From contig JAHPZH010000001.1 in assembly GCA_019058315.1 (NCBI GenBank), forward strand, positions 913,432 to 977,431: a stretch of 64,000 nucleotides of DNA, read 5' to 3'. Source of the DNA: Candidatus Helarchaeota archaeon (GTDB taxonomy: Archaea; Asgardarchaeota; Lokiarchaeia; Helarchaeales; RDOG01). A model generated the notes under the pieces. It worked only from the letters and a program-made list of their open reading frames with translations. It had not been told where the DNA came from and did not search any database. The stretch's first letter is position 1. The number at the start of each line of letters is the position of its first letter. Below, one piece after another: positions 27,952 to 38,056 of this stretch. A program made the position numbers and the translations under genes.

Positions 27952-29046
27952 TTAGTTTATACGTACCGGGAAACCTAAGTTATCTTCCCAATAATACGTT
28001 TTTTTATAAGTAAGAACTATTAGGATAAGTGTTATTATTGCCAATATAAGATGTGGAGAAATTAAAATTATATTTTTCTGATAACGATCTAACCTACACA
28101 AAGTCATAAAAATAGCACTAATAAAAGCTTGCTCGGGGGGAGGTGGAACATCAAATCCTAAATTTGCAAGAAAACCGAACCAATATAAAAATTCATTTGG
28201 AAGTTCATTTATTTTTATCAAAATTTGAATTAGCCCAAACATATTTAATGTACTAAAAAAAATGCTTGCACAAAGCCCTAATCCAAAACCAACCTTTTTT
28301 AGGCTATTATATTTTTGTATTCCATAAATTATAAAACAAATACTTGAGTTTATTAAGGCGATTATCCCAATAATATATGAAAATCCAATAAACTCTAATA
28401 AATTAAAAGTAAAACTATACCCACCATCATCTCCACTATGTCTAGTAGGAAATCTTATTATAAAATGTTCAGGTAACCATAATGAGGGTATAAAAATTAT
28501 TATTAAAGAGATGATAAAAATTATTGATCCAAAGATTAATGCCAAATTAAAAGGAGCATCCGCTTCATTTTTTGAAGAAAATCTAGATTTATCTATTTTA
28601 ATTAAATTAATTTTATGAGCGTGATGTATAACAACTATTAATGTAATTAGATTAAGTACGAAATGAACTAAAAGCCAAACTAAATCTATTATATATTCTT
28701 GAATTTTTTGTACATAAATTAGACCATAAATGTCGAGTATAATTAACAATAGACTTGAAACAAGGCTTAAAACAAATGCAACACTTTTTACTTTTTCATC
28801 CTCTTTCACACTTTTAACAAAGTAAAATATACTAGCAAATATTAAAAGTATTAATCCAAGAATAGTTAATATTCGAGGAATATCTTTAAGCTCAAAATGA
28901 TGACGAGTATATGAAAAATAATCACCAGTATATGCAAATGACCACCAAAATTTCGGTATAATTAATTTAATCAAAAAAATAATAAAGATTAGTATTCCGA
29001 TTTTTAAACAATTTTTATCTAGTACTTTAATATTCATTTTACTCAT
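27952..29046 (-). CDS. Membrane protein with two internal 4-TM repeats
   Basis: Eight hydrophobic segments; IIPKFWW/FIPSLWL, IYGLI/MFGLI, VHFVLNLITLI/PHLILAIITLI. Confidence 0.65.
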   Translation of the reverse strand: MSKMNIKVLDKNCLKIGILIFIIFLIKLIIPKFWWSFAYTGDYFSYTRHHFELKDIPRILTILGLILLIFASIFYFVKSVKEDEKVKSVAFVLSLVSSLLLIILDIYGLIYVQKIQEYIIDLVWLLVHFVLNLITLIVVIHHAHKINLIKIDKSRFSSKNEADAPFNLALIFGSIIFIISLIIIFIPSLWLPEHFIIRFPTRHSGDDGGYSFTFNLLEFIGFSYIIGIIALINSSICFIIYGIQKYNSLKKVGFGLGLCASIFFSTLNMFGLIQILIKINELPNEFLYWFGFLANLGFDVPPPPEQAFISAIFMTLCRLDRYQKNIILISPHLILAIITLILIVLTYKKTYYWEDNLGFPVRIN

Positions 29047-29262
29047 TTTATTACAATAATTAATAATCTTTTTCTGTATTATTATACTACAACAATACTA
29101 TTTAAATATTGTTATGAGAAATAATTTAGTGTGAAAGAATAATTACCCAATCAATTTTTATCAGAAAATACTTAATGAAATGTGAAAGAGGTTTATATTA
29201 GATCTCTTTTTTAGAACTGTTAAAGATTAAAAACAAGTAAAACTGGATTAAATTTTATAAAG

Positions 29263-30738
29263 ATGATTTTAATGGCTTTAATTGATGAATTACAGAAAAT
29301 TGTCGGAGAAGATTGGGTAACTAATCGCCCGGAAGAATTAATAATTTATAGTAAAGATATGACAGAAAATGAACCTTGTAAACCAGATGTTGTGGTCATG
29401 CCAAAATCGGCAGAAGAAGTTCAAAAAATAGTCATATTAGCAAATGAGAAAAAAATTCCAATAACTCCATATGTTGCAGGAGCTAATGTTGGCGGACTTG
29501 CAATCCCTACAAAAGGTGGAATCCTTATTGATCTTAAACGTATGGATCAAATCCTCGAGGTTGATGAATCTAATATGTATGCAGTAATAGAACCTGGGGT
29601 CACTTTTGGCCTTCTTAAAAAATTATTGGATGATGAATATCCTCAACTTCGTTATTCTTATCCACTAGCACCACCATATACTTCAGTAGTTTGTAATGCA
29701 CTTTTATCAGGATTAGGAAATCTCAGTGTTCGTTATGGTTCGATGTCTGATATGGTTTCAGGACTAGAAGTTGTGTTACCTACCGGAGAAGTTACAAAAA
29801 TTGGTGTGTGTGCCGTTTCACCATATTGGATTGGAAAACATCCATTACCTGATTTAATGGGATTATTTATTAATTGGCAGGGAACTACAGGTATCGTTAC
29901 AAAAATGGGGATTAATTTATGGCCAAAACCTCCAATAGTGAAAAATGCAGTAATTCTAACTATGGGTGGCCCAGAAGATATTTACACTAGTCTAATTTTC
30001 AAGCTCGTGCATCTTCAGGTTTGTGATGAAATAGCTGGAGGATTGTTTCATTACGAAATGAGCCGAGGTATGCTTCCTGTAGATGATATAAAGGGTATGA
30101 TTACAGCGATTGTTAAAGTAGATGATATGGAAAACCGTTCCTTTTTTTTGACTCAACTAACGGTTAGTGCAAATGATGATAAAGAACTTAAACAAAAATT
30201 TAAATTAATTAACAAATTAGTTAACGAAACAAATAAAAATGAAGGTAGACAACTATTTTTATTTAAAACAGATGATCTTGCTGATATTGGGAAAAAAATA
30301 GATAATTTTATGGAGCTCCCCTCCCAAATTCCATCATTATATGATATCAGAGCAGGAGGAGGATTGACTTGGGTTGGTTCTTATGTTCCTTTAAATCGAT
30401 GGCTTGAAGGGTGTCAACGTGGTCTTAAAGTGATGGAAAAATATGGATGGGTTCCCGGTGTCCTCCATCGTCCTATGAAAACAGGGCATTATAGCGTAAT
30501 GAGGTTTTTTATTCCTTTAAACAAATCTGATCCAGAAGAATTAAAAAAAGCTAGAAAGATGTGTGAAGAGATTGTAGATATTGTATTAGATATCGGGGGT
30601 TTTCCTTATAAAGTTCCAACCTGGGCTGCAAAAAAAGCATTTGAAAAAACGGATCCAAATTTTGTTGGATTAATGAAGAAAATAAAGAATCTATTGGATC
30701 CAAATGGAATAATGAACCCTGGGAGACTAATATTTTAG
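29263..30738 (+). CDS. FAD-binding oxidoreductase (GlcD/VAO-PCMH superfamily)
   Basis: PDVVVMPKSAEEV, IDLKRM, EPGVT, GLEVVLPTG, GTTGIVT, DPNGIMNPG. Confidence 0.88.
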   Translation: MILMALIDELQKIVGEDWVTNRPEELIIYSKDMTENEPCKPDVVVMPKSAEEVQKIVILANEKKIPITPYVAGANVGGLAIPTKGGILIDLKRMDQILEVDESNMYAVIEPGVTFGLLKKLLDDEYPQLRYSYPLAPPYTSVVCNALLSGLGNLSVRYGSMSDMVSGLEVVLPTGEVTKIGVCAVSPYWIGKHPLPDLMGLFINWQGTTGIVTKMGINLWPKPPIVKNAVILTMGGPEDIYTSLIFKLVHLQVCDEIAGGLFHYEMSRGMLPVDDIKGMITAIVKVDDMENRSFFLTQLTVSANDDKELKQKFKLINKLVNETNKNEGRQLFLFKTDDLADIGKKIDNFMELPSQIPSLYDIRAGGGLTWVGSYVPLNRWLEGCQRGLKVMEKYGWVPGVLHRPMKTGHYSVMRFFIPLNKSDPEELKKARKMCEEIVDIVLDIGGFPYKVPTWAAKKAFEKTDPNFVGLMKKIKNLLDPNGIMNPGRLIF

Positions 30739-30748
30739 GGGTGAGATT

Positions 30749-31885
30749 ATGGATCTAAAAGATTTAAAAGACTGGCTTTATAGATGTCCAAAATGTAATT
30801 CTTGTAAATATTTATATAAGGATTATAATAAATCTTGTCCATCTGGAGAAAAATTCCGTTGGGAAACTTATTGGGGCTCTGGAAGGGTTTGGATGGCATA
30901 TGCACTTAAAAATGGAGAGCTTGAATGGAGCGATTCGATAATAAAAGCTATATTTGCATGTCCTACTTGCGGAAATTGTGCTGAACAATGTGAGCAAGAA
31001 ATAAAAGACCATTTAATCGACATTTTCGAAGCTTTAAGAGCAGAAGCTGTAAAATCTGGTTATGGTCCTATGCCTGAACAGAAAATGTATGCACAATTTG
31101 CTGCAGAAAAACATAATCCATATAATGAAAAACATGAAGAAAGAACCAGCTGGATGCCAAATCCAATTACGATGAAAGATAATGCTGAAATCCTATATTT
31201 TGTAGGTTGTACTTCTTCCTATCGGGAAAAAGAGATTGCAAATGCAACTCTTGAAATTTTAAAAAAATTGAATCTTGATTTTACAGTATCGAAAGATGAA
31301 TGGTGTTGTGGATCTCCACTATTGAGGACTGGACAAATAGAGGATGTAAAAAATTTAATAGAACATAATATTGAACTCTTTAAAAAAATGGGGATTAAAA
31401 AGATAATTACGTCATGTGCAGGATGCTTTAGAACTTTAAATAAGGACTACACAGATTTGAAAGATTTAGGAATTGAAATTCAACATATATCTGACTTTCT
31501 ACTTGAAAAACTAAAAGATGCCGACTTAAAGGAGATGGGTGTAAAAGTTACGTATCATGATCCCTGTCATATTGGCCGGCATTCGGGAATATTTGACACA
31601 CCAAGAGATTTAATAAAAAGTATCCCCGGAGTAGATCTTGTAGAAATGAAAAGAATTCGTGAGAATGCTTGGTGTTGTGGTGCTGGGGGAGGTGTCAAAT
31701 CAGCATTTAAAGATTGGGCTGTTGAAATTGCAATTGAAAGAATTAAAGAAGCAGAGGAAACTGGTGCAAGTATTCTACTATCATCATGTCCATTCTGTCA
31801 CAGAAATTTGAATGATGCAATTAAAAAATCTGGTTCCAAAATGAAAATGATAGATATTGTAGAATTATTGCAAGAACAAATTTAA
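30749..31885 (+). CDS. (Fe-S)-binding protein, GlcF/GlpC/HdrD-like
   Basis: Two ferredoxin motifs plus CCG domains (WCCGS, YHDPCH, CCGAGGG, CPFC). Confidence 0.9.
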   Translation: MDLKDLKDWLYRCPKCNSCKYLYKDYNKSCPSGEKFRWETYWGSGRVWMAYALKNGELEWSDSIIKAIFACPTCGNCAEQCEQEIKDHLIDIFEALRAEAVKSGYGPMPEQKMYAQFAAEKHNPYNEKHEERTSWMPNPITMKDNAEILYFVGCTSSYREKEIANATLEILKKLNLDFTVSKDEWCCGSPLLRTGQIEDVKNLIEHNIELFKKMGIKKIITSCAGCFRTLNKDYTDLKDLGIEIQHISDFLLEKLKDADLKEMGVKVTYHDPCHIGRHSGIFDTPRDLIKSIPGVDLVEMKRIRENAWCCGAGGGVKSAFKDWAVEIAIERIKEAEETGASILLSSCPFCHRNLNDAIKKSGSKMKMIDIVELLQEQI

Positions 31886-31913
31886 TTTTTTATTTTTTGT
31901 TTAGTGAATTTAT

Positions 31914-32549
31914 TTGAATCAAACAACCAGTAATAGCAATGAACAAAAAGATAAACAAGTAGAAACAAGTAACAATACATTTTGGATGCCTACTGGGAGA
32001 AATTCAAAAATAATTTTAGTTGCACTATTATTTTTTGGGACTTTATTAGCAATTTTTAGTACCGGTGTTTTTCTAACTTATGCAAGGGAACACATTTTTA
32101 TGAATAATTTAAGAAATCTTTTTCAAGCTATTTTTGATACTTTACAGTCAAGTAAAAAGTTTCAAACTCCAGAAAATAAAGCCCATTTATTTAATATCTG
32201 TATTTTTAATTTCTATTATACTAATTTTTTATTACTTTTTAGTCCCCAAAGTATATTTTCTATGATTTTTAGCTTTATCCCAAATATTGGAATAATTGAT
32301 GTTGTGATTGGATATAGTCTAATATTGTTTTCTTCAATGAATTTGATTTTTTATAAGTTCAATTTATCTAAAATTTTTTCTAACCCTTTTGATCCTCAAG
32401 TTTTGTTTGCAGCAAATTCTATTGCTATTCCATTCACCTTGATAGGGTATTTTCTTGAAAATATGTTTATTTTTGGATTTTGTGGATTATATTGGGCTTT
32501 AATGTGTTTTTATATTATTAATTTAATTCCTTTTAGAAATAAACCATAA
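31914..32549 (+). CDS. Hypothetical membrane protein
   Basis: Several hydrophobic helices, no recognised motif. Confidence 0.5.
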   Translation: MNQTTSNSNEQKDKQVETSNNTFWMPTGRNSKIILVALLFFGTLLAIFSTGVFLTYAREHIFMNNLRNLFQAIFDTLQSSKKFQTPENKAHLFNICIFNFYYTNFLLLFSPQSIFSMIFSFIPNIGIIDVVIGYSLILFSSMNLIFYKFNLSKIFSNPFDPQVLFAANSIAIPFTLIGYFLENMFIFGFCGLYWALMCFYIINLIPFRNKP

Positions 32550-32576
32550 ATTAAAAATATTTTTAGAGGAAAATGA

Positions 32577-33356
32577 TTAATCTTTATACTCCCAACGCCC
32601 AGTAAAACCTTTTTTTAATTCAAATTTAATGAGCCCAGGTGGATAATCCAAATTAAAAAATCTATATCTAAAAAATATGGTTTTTTTATTTTTAAAAACA
32701 TTAGAAATGCGGACACCATATCCAAACATATGTTCTGTGGGATCAAATTTAATATTCCAAGTATCGAAGATTACTTCACCTTGAGGTGAAATAACCGCAA
32801 AATTATCTGAGTGAATTATATAAAAATAATCCTCTAATTCTACAACCCCCGAACAATGACCGTTAAGTGTAAAATGAATACATTTACCGTTTCGATCTTC
32901 CAGATATCCTTTTTGACTATCAACAACTAAAGTTAAATTATCTGATTTTACTATAGTTTTATAACCCCCTGCATTCCCGTAAGCTTTGTATCCAGATATC
33001 GTTTCAGGATTTTTATCTAAATTATCTAAATCTTTCAACGACTCATCTAAAGGTATGGTTTCTATAAAAAATCTTTTTTCAAGAACTTCTCTTTTTCTAT
33101 TTTGAAATTCAGGAAGTTTTCCTTTCATTGATAGCTTGACAACATTTATTACTTCATCTAAGATTTTTTGACCAAAGGTCTCCAAAATTAGATCTTGAAA
33201 TCTCCCATTTAAAAATTCTTTATATGAAGCAGCTCCTGCCATATCAGACATCCCAGTTCCATAATTATGACCAACTACTACTTCTTTGTAAGTAACATAA
33301 ACGTATTCAGTAAGGCGACCATCTTTTTTTTCCCAAGATGTCTTCAGTTTAGACAT
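32577..33356 (-). CDS. Hypothetical protein, paralogue of 33876..34646
   Basis: Shared blocks KEFL.G...FG...L.EVI, FYI.HS.NFAV.SP.GE.I.DT, PGLIK.ELK.G.TGRWE; GGAG SD. Confidence 0.75.
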   Translation of the reverse strand: MSKLKTSWEKKDGRLTEYVYVTYKEVVVGHNYGTGMSDMAGAASYKEFLNGRFQDLILETFGQKILDEVINVVKLSMKGKLPEFQNRKREVLEKRFFIETIPLDESLKDLDNLDKNPETISGYKAYGNAGGYKTIVKSDNLTLVVDSQKGYLEDRNGKCIHFTLNGHCSGVVELEDYFYIIHSDNFAVISPQGEVIFDTWNIKFDPTEHMFGYGVRISNVFKNKKTIFFRYRFFNLDYPPGLIKFELKKGFTGRWEYKD

Positions 33357-33437
33357 CTCCTATGAATTGATTAGAAAATCAAATAGAAATAGGTTCAAAA
33401 TAAAAATAGAAAGTAAGTTTGGCAATTTGCCTTCTTT

Positions 33438-33722
33438 TTATTTGAATTTTAAAGTTATTTCGATTGTACTTACGCTAAATGTTCCTCTATCCCTACTTTG
33501 AAGTTCTTGTGTTCCAATTTCAATTTTATCGAGAGTAACTTGATCTTTCAAAAACCTATTTCTACAAATTTCTGCAACATCAACAGCTTTAGTAATAGCT
33601 CTACCTCTAGCTTTAATAATTATGTCTTTAGATCCGGATTGAACAGCTGTTACACATGCTAAAACATAATTCATAGTATTTTTTTTACCTATATAGATAG
33701 AATTATCTCTTTCATCACTCAA
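33438..33722 (-). CDS. albA: DNA/RNA-binding protein Alba
   Basis: IYIGKKNTMNYVLA, IKARGRAITKAVDVAE, VSTIEI; GGAGG SD. Confidence 0.97.
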   Translation of the reverse strand: MSDERDNSIYIGKKNTMNYVLACVTAVQSGSKDIIIKARGRAITKAVDVAEICRNRFLKDQVTLDKIEIGTQELQSRDRGTFSVSTIEITLKFK

Positions 33723-33875
33723 TCTATTCTGCCTCCTAATTTAAGATTACACCCATTTTAAAATTCCTAATTTTAGCTCAGTTCTATGTTTTTTAGAATT
33801 ATCAAAGGATTTTTGGTATATTCTTGTATATTCATTATTATATATATAATATACTTAAATTCAAATACAATTAAT

Positions 33876-34646
33876 TTATTCCCACCTGCCAGTTAAACCT
33901 AGTTTCAATTCGTATTTAATCAATCCAGGTTTATAATAATTTCTATCCCAAATATATCTAAAAAAGATCATGTTTTTATTTTTGTAAACATTATCAATGG
34001 AGAATCGATAATCAAATAAATGATTTAATGGGTCTAAAGGAAGTTTTGGGTCCAATTTATAAAAGTATGTATCAGAAATTATCTCTCCTTCTGGTGAAAC
34101 AACTGCAAAATTGTTAGAATGAACTATATAAAAAAAATCATTTAATTCGACAACTGCTTGAATATAACCTTTAAGCTTAAAGGGAAATTTTTCACCATTA
34201 ATGTTTTCTAAACACGGTCCATCAAATTCTAGAATTAATTTAAAATTATCTGATTTTAAAAGGATATTTCCACTTCCAGCATTGCTTAAATTTAAATTAC
34301 CGTCCTCAGTATCTTTATGTTTTAGTATTTTCTTCATAGAAGTGTCTCTTGGAATTTGTTCCAAAAAGAATTTTCTTATTAACATTTTTTCTTTTTCCCT
34401 TTGAAAAGGGGGATAATTTGGGGCTTCTTTTACAGAAGCAATGACTTCATTTAATACGTCTTCCCCAAAATCCATTTTAATTCCTAATTGTAATTTTCCA
34501 TCTAAAAATTCTTTATGAGTACATGTGCTTTCAAACCAAGATCTTCCCCCCTCATAGAAAGATCTAGTTATTATATGGCTAAATGTAACGTCTATTTCAA
34601 GCCAATCTACATCTTTATGTATTATTTTTTTCCAATCTGTTTTCAT
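33876..34646 (-). CDS. Hypothetical protein, paralogue of 32577..33356
   Basis: Colinear similarity over the full length. Confidence 0.75.
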   Translation of the reverse strand: MKTDWKKIIHKDVDWLEIDVTFSHIITRSFYEGGRSWFESTCTHKEFLDGKLQLGIKMDFGEDVLNEVIASVKEAPNYPPFQREKEKMLIRKFFLEQIPRDTSMKKILKHKDTEDGNLNLSNAGSGNILLKSDNFKLILEFDGPCLENINGEKFPFKLKGYIQAVVELNDFFYIVHSNNFAVVSPEGEIISDTYFYKLDPKLPLDPLNHLFDYRFSIDNVYKNKNMIFFRYIWDRNYYKPGLIKYELKLGLTGRWE

Positions 34647-34763
34647 GATGTGTCAAATTAAAAAATGGAATTATAAAATGATAATTAATAAAATCTTATA
34701 ACCTAAAAAGTTAAATGATTCTATCCTTATATAAATTAAAACAAGATATCTCTTCAGAATTTT

Positions 34764-35720
34764 GTGATATACATGACTTTGAGTCAAAATTCTCTATTAC
34801 GAGCAATTTCTATAGATAATATTAAAAGAGCAATTCCATTAGGTATGGGGCAATTAAAAAGACATTTGATAAAAGTTCCCTTTGCAGTTAATTATGATCT
34901 TACTTACAAATGTAATTTAAAATGTGAGCATTGTTACTTTTTTTCATCAGTAGAAGAAAAAAGACGTGAAAATGCATTACGACCAGAATTAACAGATCCA
35001 CAATGGCTTGAAGTCTTTAAATATCACCGCTCTCGAGGTATTACATCCGCTGCAATTACAGGTGGAGAACCAACTTTAAGAATGAATTTACTCCATGAAG
35101 CAGTAAAAATTTTTCCTAGAATTCAAATTGCTACTAATGGAATCATTAAGATTCCTAGATTTCCTGGAAATAAGCAACCTCTAATTTGGACATCAATTGA
35201 TGGTCGTCCAGAGACACATAACGCTATTCGTGGAGCAGAGATTTATGATCGAGTTATTGAAAATATACGTGATGATAAACGTGTGTTAATTTCTACTACA
35301 TTGACTACTTCAAATTATGATGAAATTGAAGATATTGTCAAAGAAACGATAAAATCTAATGTTGCTGGAATTTTTTTCCTCTTTTATACTGGTTATCCAA
35401 AAGATCCTTTACTATTAAAAGGAAAATATCTTCGAAAAGCTATTCAATCAATTTCTAAAGTTATGAATGAATATGAAGATTTTATAGTGATTTCTAAAAT
35501 GATGATACAATGTTATATTACCAAGGCTCACGTATCGGATTGTATCTTTAAAAATGGTGGTGTCCAATCTTTCTATCCTAATGGTGAAAAAAAATTCTGC
35601 GTTATGGGAAATAGTCCATTATTATGCGCCAATTGCGGTTGTATAGTTCCAGTTGCTTCTCATTGTATAAGTAAATTTGATCCTGAGACAATTGAAAAAT
35701 TAAAAAAATTCCCTTTTTAA
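34764..35720 (+). CDS. Radical SAM protein with C-terminal Cys cluster
   Basis: CNLKCEHC, TGGEP, TNG, SIDG; C-terminal C...C...CANCGC. Confidence 0.88.
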   Translation: MIYMTLSQNSLLRAISIDNIKRAIPLGMGQLKRHLIKVPFAVNYDLTYKCNLKCEHCYFFSSVEEKRRENALRPELTDPQWLEVFKYHRSRGITSAAITGGEPTLRMNLLHEAVKIFPRIQIATNGIIKIPRFPGNKQPLIWTSIDGRPETHNAIRGAEIYDRVIENIRDDKRVLISTTLTTSNYDEIEDIVKETIKSNVAGIFFLFYTGYPKDPLLLKGKYLRKAIQSISKVMNEYEDFIVISKMMIQCYITKAHVSDCIFKNGGVQSFYPNGEKKFCVMGNSPLLCANCGCIVPVASHCISKFDPETIEKLKKFPF

Positions 35721-35759
35721 GAAAATTAAAACTTTTATATAATAAAGAAATTAAAAAAA

Positions 35760-36464
35760 ATGACTTTTGACTTTATAGCTCCCGGAATTCAATTGGTAGG
35801 GCGTTTCGGGCGTTTAAAAACCGGCATTTGGCTCCTTAAATATAAATCTGAATGTATGCTATTGGAAATGCCAGATCAATCAGATAAAGATCCATTTCGT
35901 AATCCTTGGGATCGAATAGCTAAGTATATTGAACAAGAAAATTTACACCTTAAATTCATGACTGCAACACATTCTCATACTGACCACTTCGATACTTATC
36001 CAAATTTTCATAATAGATTTCCAAAGGTGCCAATCGTTGTTAATAGGCTATTTTTTCATAAATATAATTTGATTAGTTTCATAAAACCTGAAGATTTGGA
36101 TATTATTGGGAATATTAATGCCTCTATTGAAATAGAAGGTGTCCCGATATATTGTTTTAATGAAAAATGTTTTGAGACCAACCTAGAAGGCGAACAACTT
36201 TTTTTAATCCGTGCACCTAAACATAGTTGGAGCGATACTATGGTTATATTTCGAGGTTGCATTATTTCAGGTGACTGGTGGATTGGACCTGGTGATCCTA
36301 ATAGAAATATGATACCCCTAAAAACTATAAATGAATCAATTGATTTTTTAGAGGCATTTATTCATAAAAAAAATTATCATATTCACTCTTTATTTTCTGT
36401 TCATGCAAATGAGTTTCGATATGGAATAGATTTTATTGAACTAATGGAACAAACTCGCCCTTAA
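35760..36464 (+). CDS. MBL-fold metallo-hydrolase
   Basis: THSHTDH, PKHS, SGD, SVH. Confidence 0.85.
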   Translation: MTFDFIAPGIQLVGRFGRLKTGIWLLKYKSECMLLEMPDQSDKDPFRNPWDRIAKYIEQENLHLKFMTATHSHTDHFDTYPNFHNRFPKVPIVVNRLFFHKYNLISFIKPEDLDIIGNINASIEIEGVPIYCFNEKCFETNLEGEQLFLIRAPKHSWSDTMVIFRGCIISGDWWIGPGDPNRNMIPLKTINESIDFLEAFIHKKNYHIHSLFSVHANEFRYGIDFIELMEQTRP

Positions 36465-36817
36465 TGATGATGGGAATGTGGAACAGGATGCCCCCCGGCT
36501 ATTATAAATGCGACTTCTTCTTCGGTTGTGTTCTCGATTTTTAGTTTTAAACCTTCCCTTAAAAAAAATGCATCACCTTTTTTCAATATTACCTCAATCC
36601 CATCTATCTTTAATTTCATTATCCCATTTAATGGCATAATAATTTCTTCATGGGCTTCACCTGAAGTATAATCTCTAATTTCTTTTGGATCTAGGTATGC
36701 ATAACCTAGATAGACATCTTTAATATCATTATTCAATAAAGCTCCGTAATAAAATTCCTTTTTTGGAGATTTTTTGCATTCCTCAATTATATTGATTTTT
36801 ATAACTTCCACCTCCAT
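36461..36817 (-). CDS. Cupin-domain protein
   Basis: HEEIIMPLNG...LKKGDAFFL...IENT; His-rich tail. Confidence 0.75.
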   Translation of the reverse strand: MEVEVIKINIIEECKKSPKKEFYYGALLNNDIKDVYLGYAYLDPKEIRDYTSGEAHEEIIMPLNGIMKLKIDGIEVILKKGDAFFLREGLKLKIENTTEEEVAFIIAGGHPVPHSHHH

Positions 36818-36819
36818 AA

Positions 36820-36990
36820 TTATATTTCTTCTTCTTCATCCTCTACTTCATATTCTATAAAGATTTCATAAGTACCACATTTAGGGCATTTTATATCGTC
36901 TAAAGGTGTTCCATCCTCGAATTCAAAATGAAAATCACACACTTTACAATAAAATGCAATTGTTTCTTTTTCATTATTGGATTCAGTCAT
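36820..36990 (-). CDS. 56-aa zinc-ribbon microprotein with acidic tail (not in ORF track)
   Basis: GAGG SD; MTESNNEKETIAFYCKVCDFHFEFEDGTPLDDIKCPKCGTYEIFIEYEVEDEEEEI; stop lies 2 nt before the cupin ATG. Confidence 0.8.
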   Translation of the reverse strand: MTESNNEKETIAFYCKVCDFHFEFEDGTPLDDIKCPKCGTYEIFIEYEVEDEEEEI

Positions 36991-37111
36991 TTATTATTCC
37001 TCATACGATTGATTATAATAAATTTACTTAAAAAAAATAAAATTAAAAATGACGCTGACATAAATATTTCTAATTAAAATATAAGTTTTCAAATTATGAA
37101 GGATTGATAAA

Positions 37112-38014
37112 ATGCTTAAAAATATTACAATTTTTGGGGAAAAATTAACTTATTTGGATAAAGATTATGCAATAGCCTTTAAAAATCCAGATTTCTTACC
37201 TAAATTTCTCCGAGATGTGGATGAGGAAATGACTACAAGGGGATATTATGAAAAAGAAACAGTTATTAACTTATTAACTTTAAAAATTATCTGTTATAAA
37301 ATTAAAGATCCTTATCCACTATTCTTAGGCTTAACATTTGACGATTCAGCTGATCCTGAAAAAATCTTTGAACGAGTTCAAGATTTAATTGACATTACAT
37401 TAGATTACATCGAAAAAACAGATTCATTATATGAAGTTCATAATCCACAAGCTTTAGAGTCAGATTGTGATGAAATCACTAAAGAATTTTTAATGATTAG
37501 ACCTCCCAAAATTAGCATTATTGGTGCTGAGGGAGTAGGAAAAACAAGTATTTGTGAAATGTTAAAGAGCGGAATTCTTCCGGATGAAGGTATATACCCA
37601 TTTACAATAGAAAAATATTATGCACAATTATTTGATATACCAATAACTATTTGGGATGTAAAAATTACCGATGACTGGCGTGCTTCCTCTAAATATATTC
37701 TTGGCTCCGACGGAGTTATAATAGTTCTTGATTCAACTCTACAAAATGCGAGATATAGTAAAGCATTACTTGAAATGACAGAAGAAGTAATACCACACGC
37801 TGAAGTTTTAGTTGTTGCAAACAAGCAAGATGTTGAAGGTGCTTTGACTCCGGAAGACCTAGAAGAAATTCTTAATTGTAAAGTATTTCCATTCGATGCT
37901 AGTAAATTTGAAAACCAAAAGAAAATTCAAATTCAAGCTGCAAAACTGCTAGAAATAAAAGCATCAGAAATTGATTATTCTGAAGAAGATTATATAATTC
38001 AACGTACTGATTAA
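37112..38014 (+). CDS. Arf-like small GTPase fused to N-terminal longin-like domain
   Basis: G1 GAEGVGKTS, degenerate G3 WDVKI, G4 ANKQD, G5 DAS; ~125-aa alpha/beta N-terminal extension. Confidence 0.8.
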   Translation: MLKNITIFGEKLTYLDKDYAIAFKNPDFLPKFLRDVDEEMTTRGYYEKETVINLLTLKIICYKIKDPYPLFLGLTFDDSADPEKIFERVQDLIDITLDYIEKTDSLYEVHNPQALESDCDEITKEFLMIRPPKISIIGAEGVGKTSICEMLKSGILPDEGIYPFTIEKYYAQLFDIPITIWDVKITDDWRASSKYILGSDGVIIVLDSTLQNARYSKALLEMTEEVIPHAEVLVVANKQDVEGALTPEDLEEILNCKVFPFDASKFENQKKIQIQAAKLLEIKASEIDYSEEDYIIQRTD

Positions 38015-38056
38015 CTAGCTAAAAGATAAAAAAATTAGGAGTAGTAAGAATTCTCC

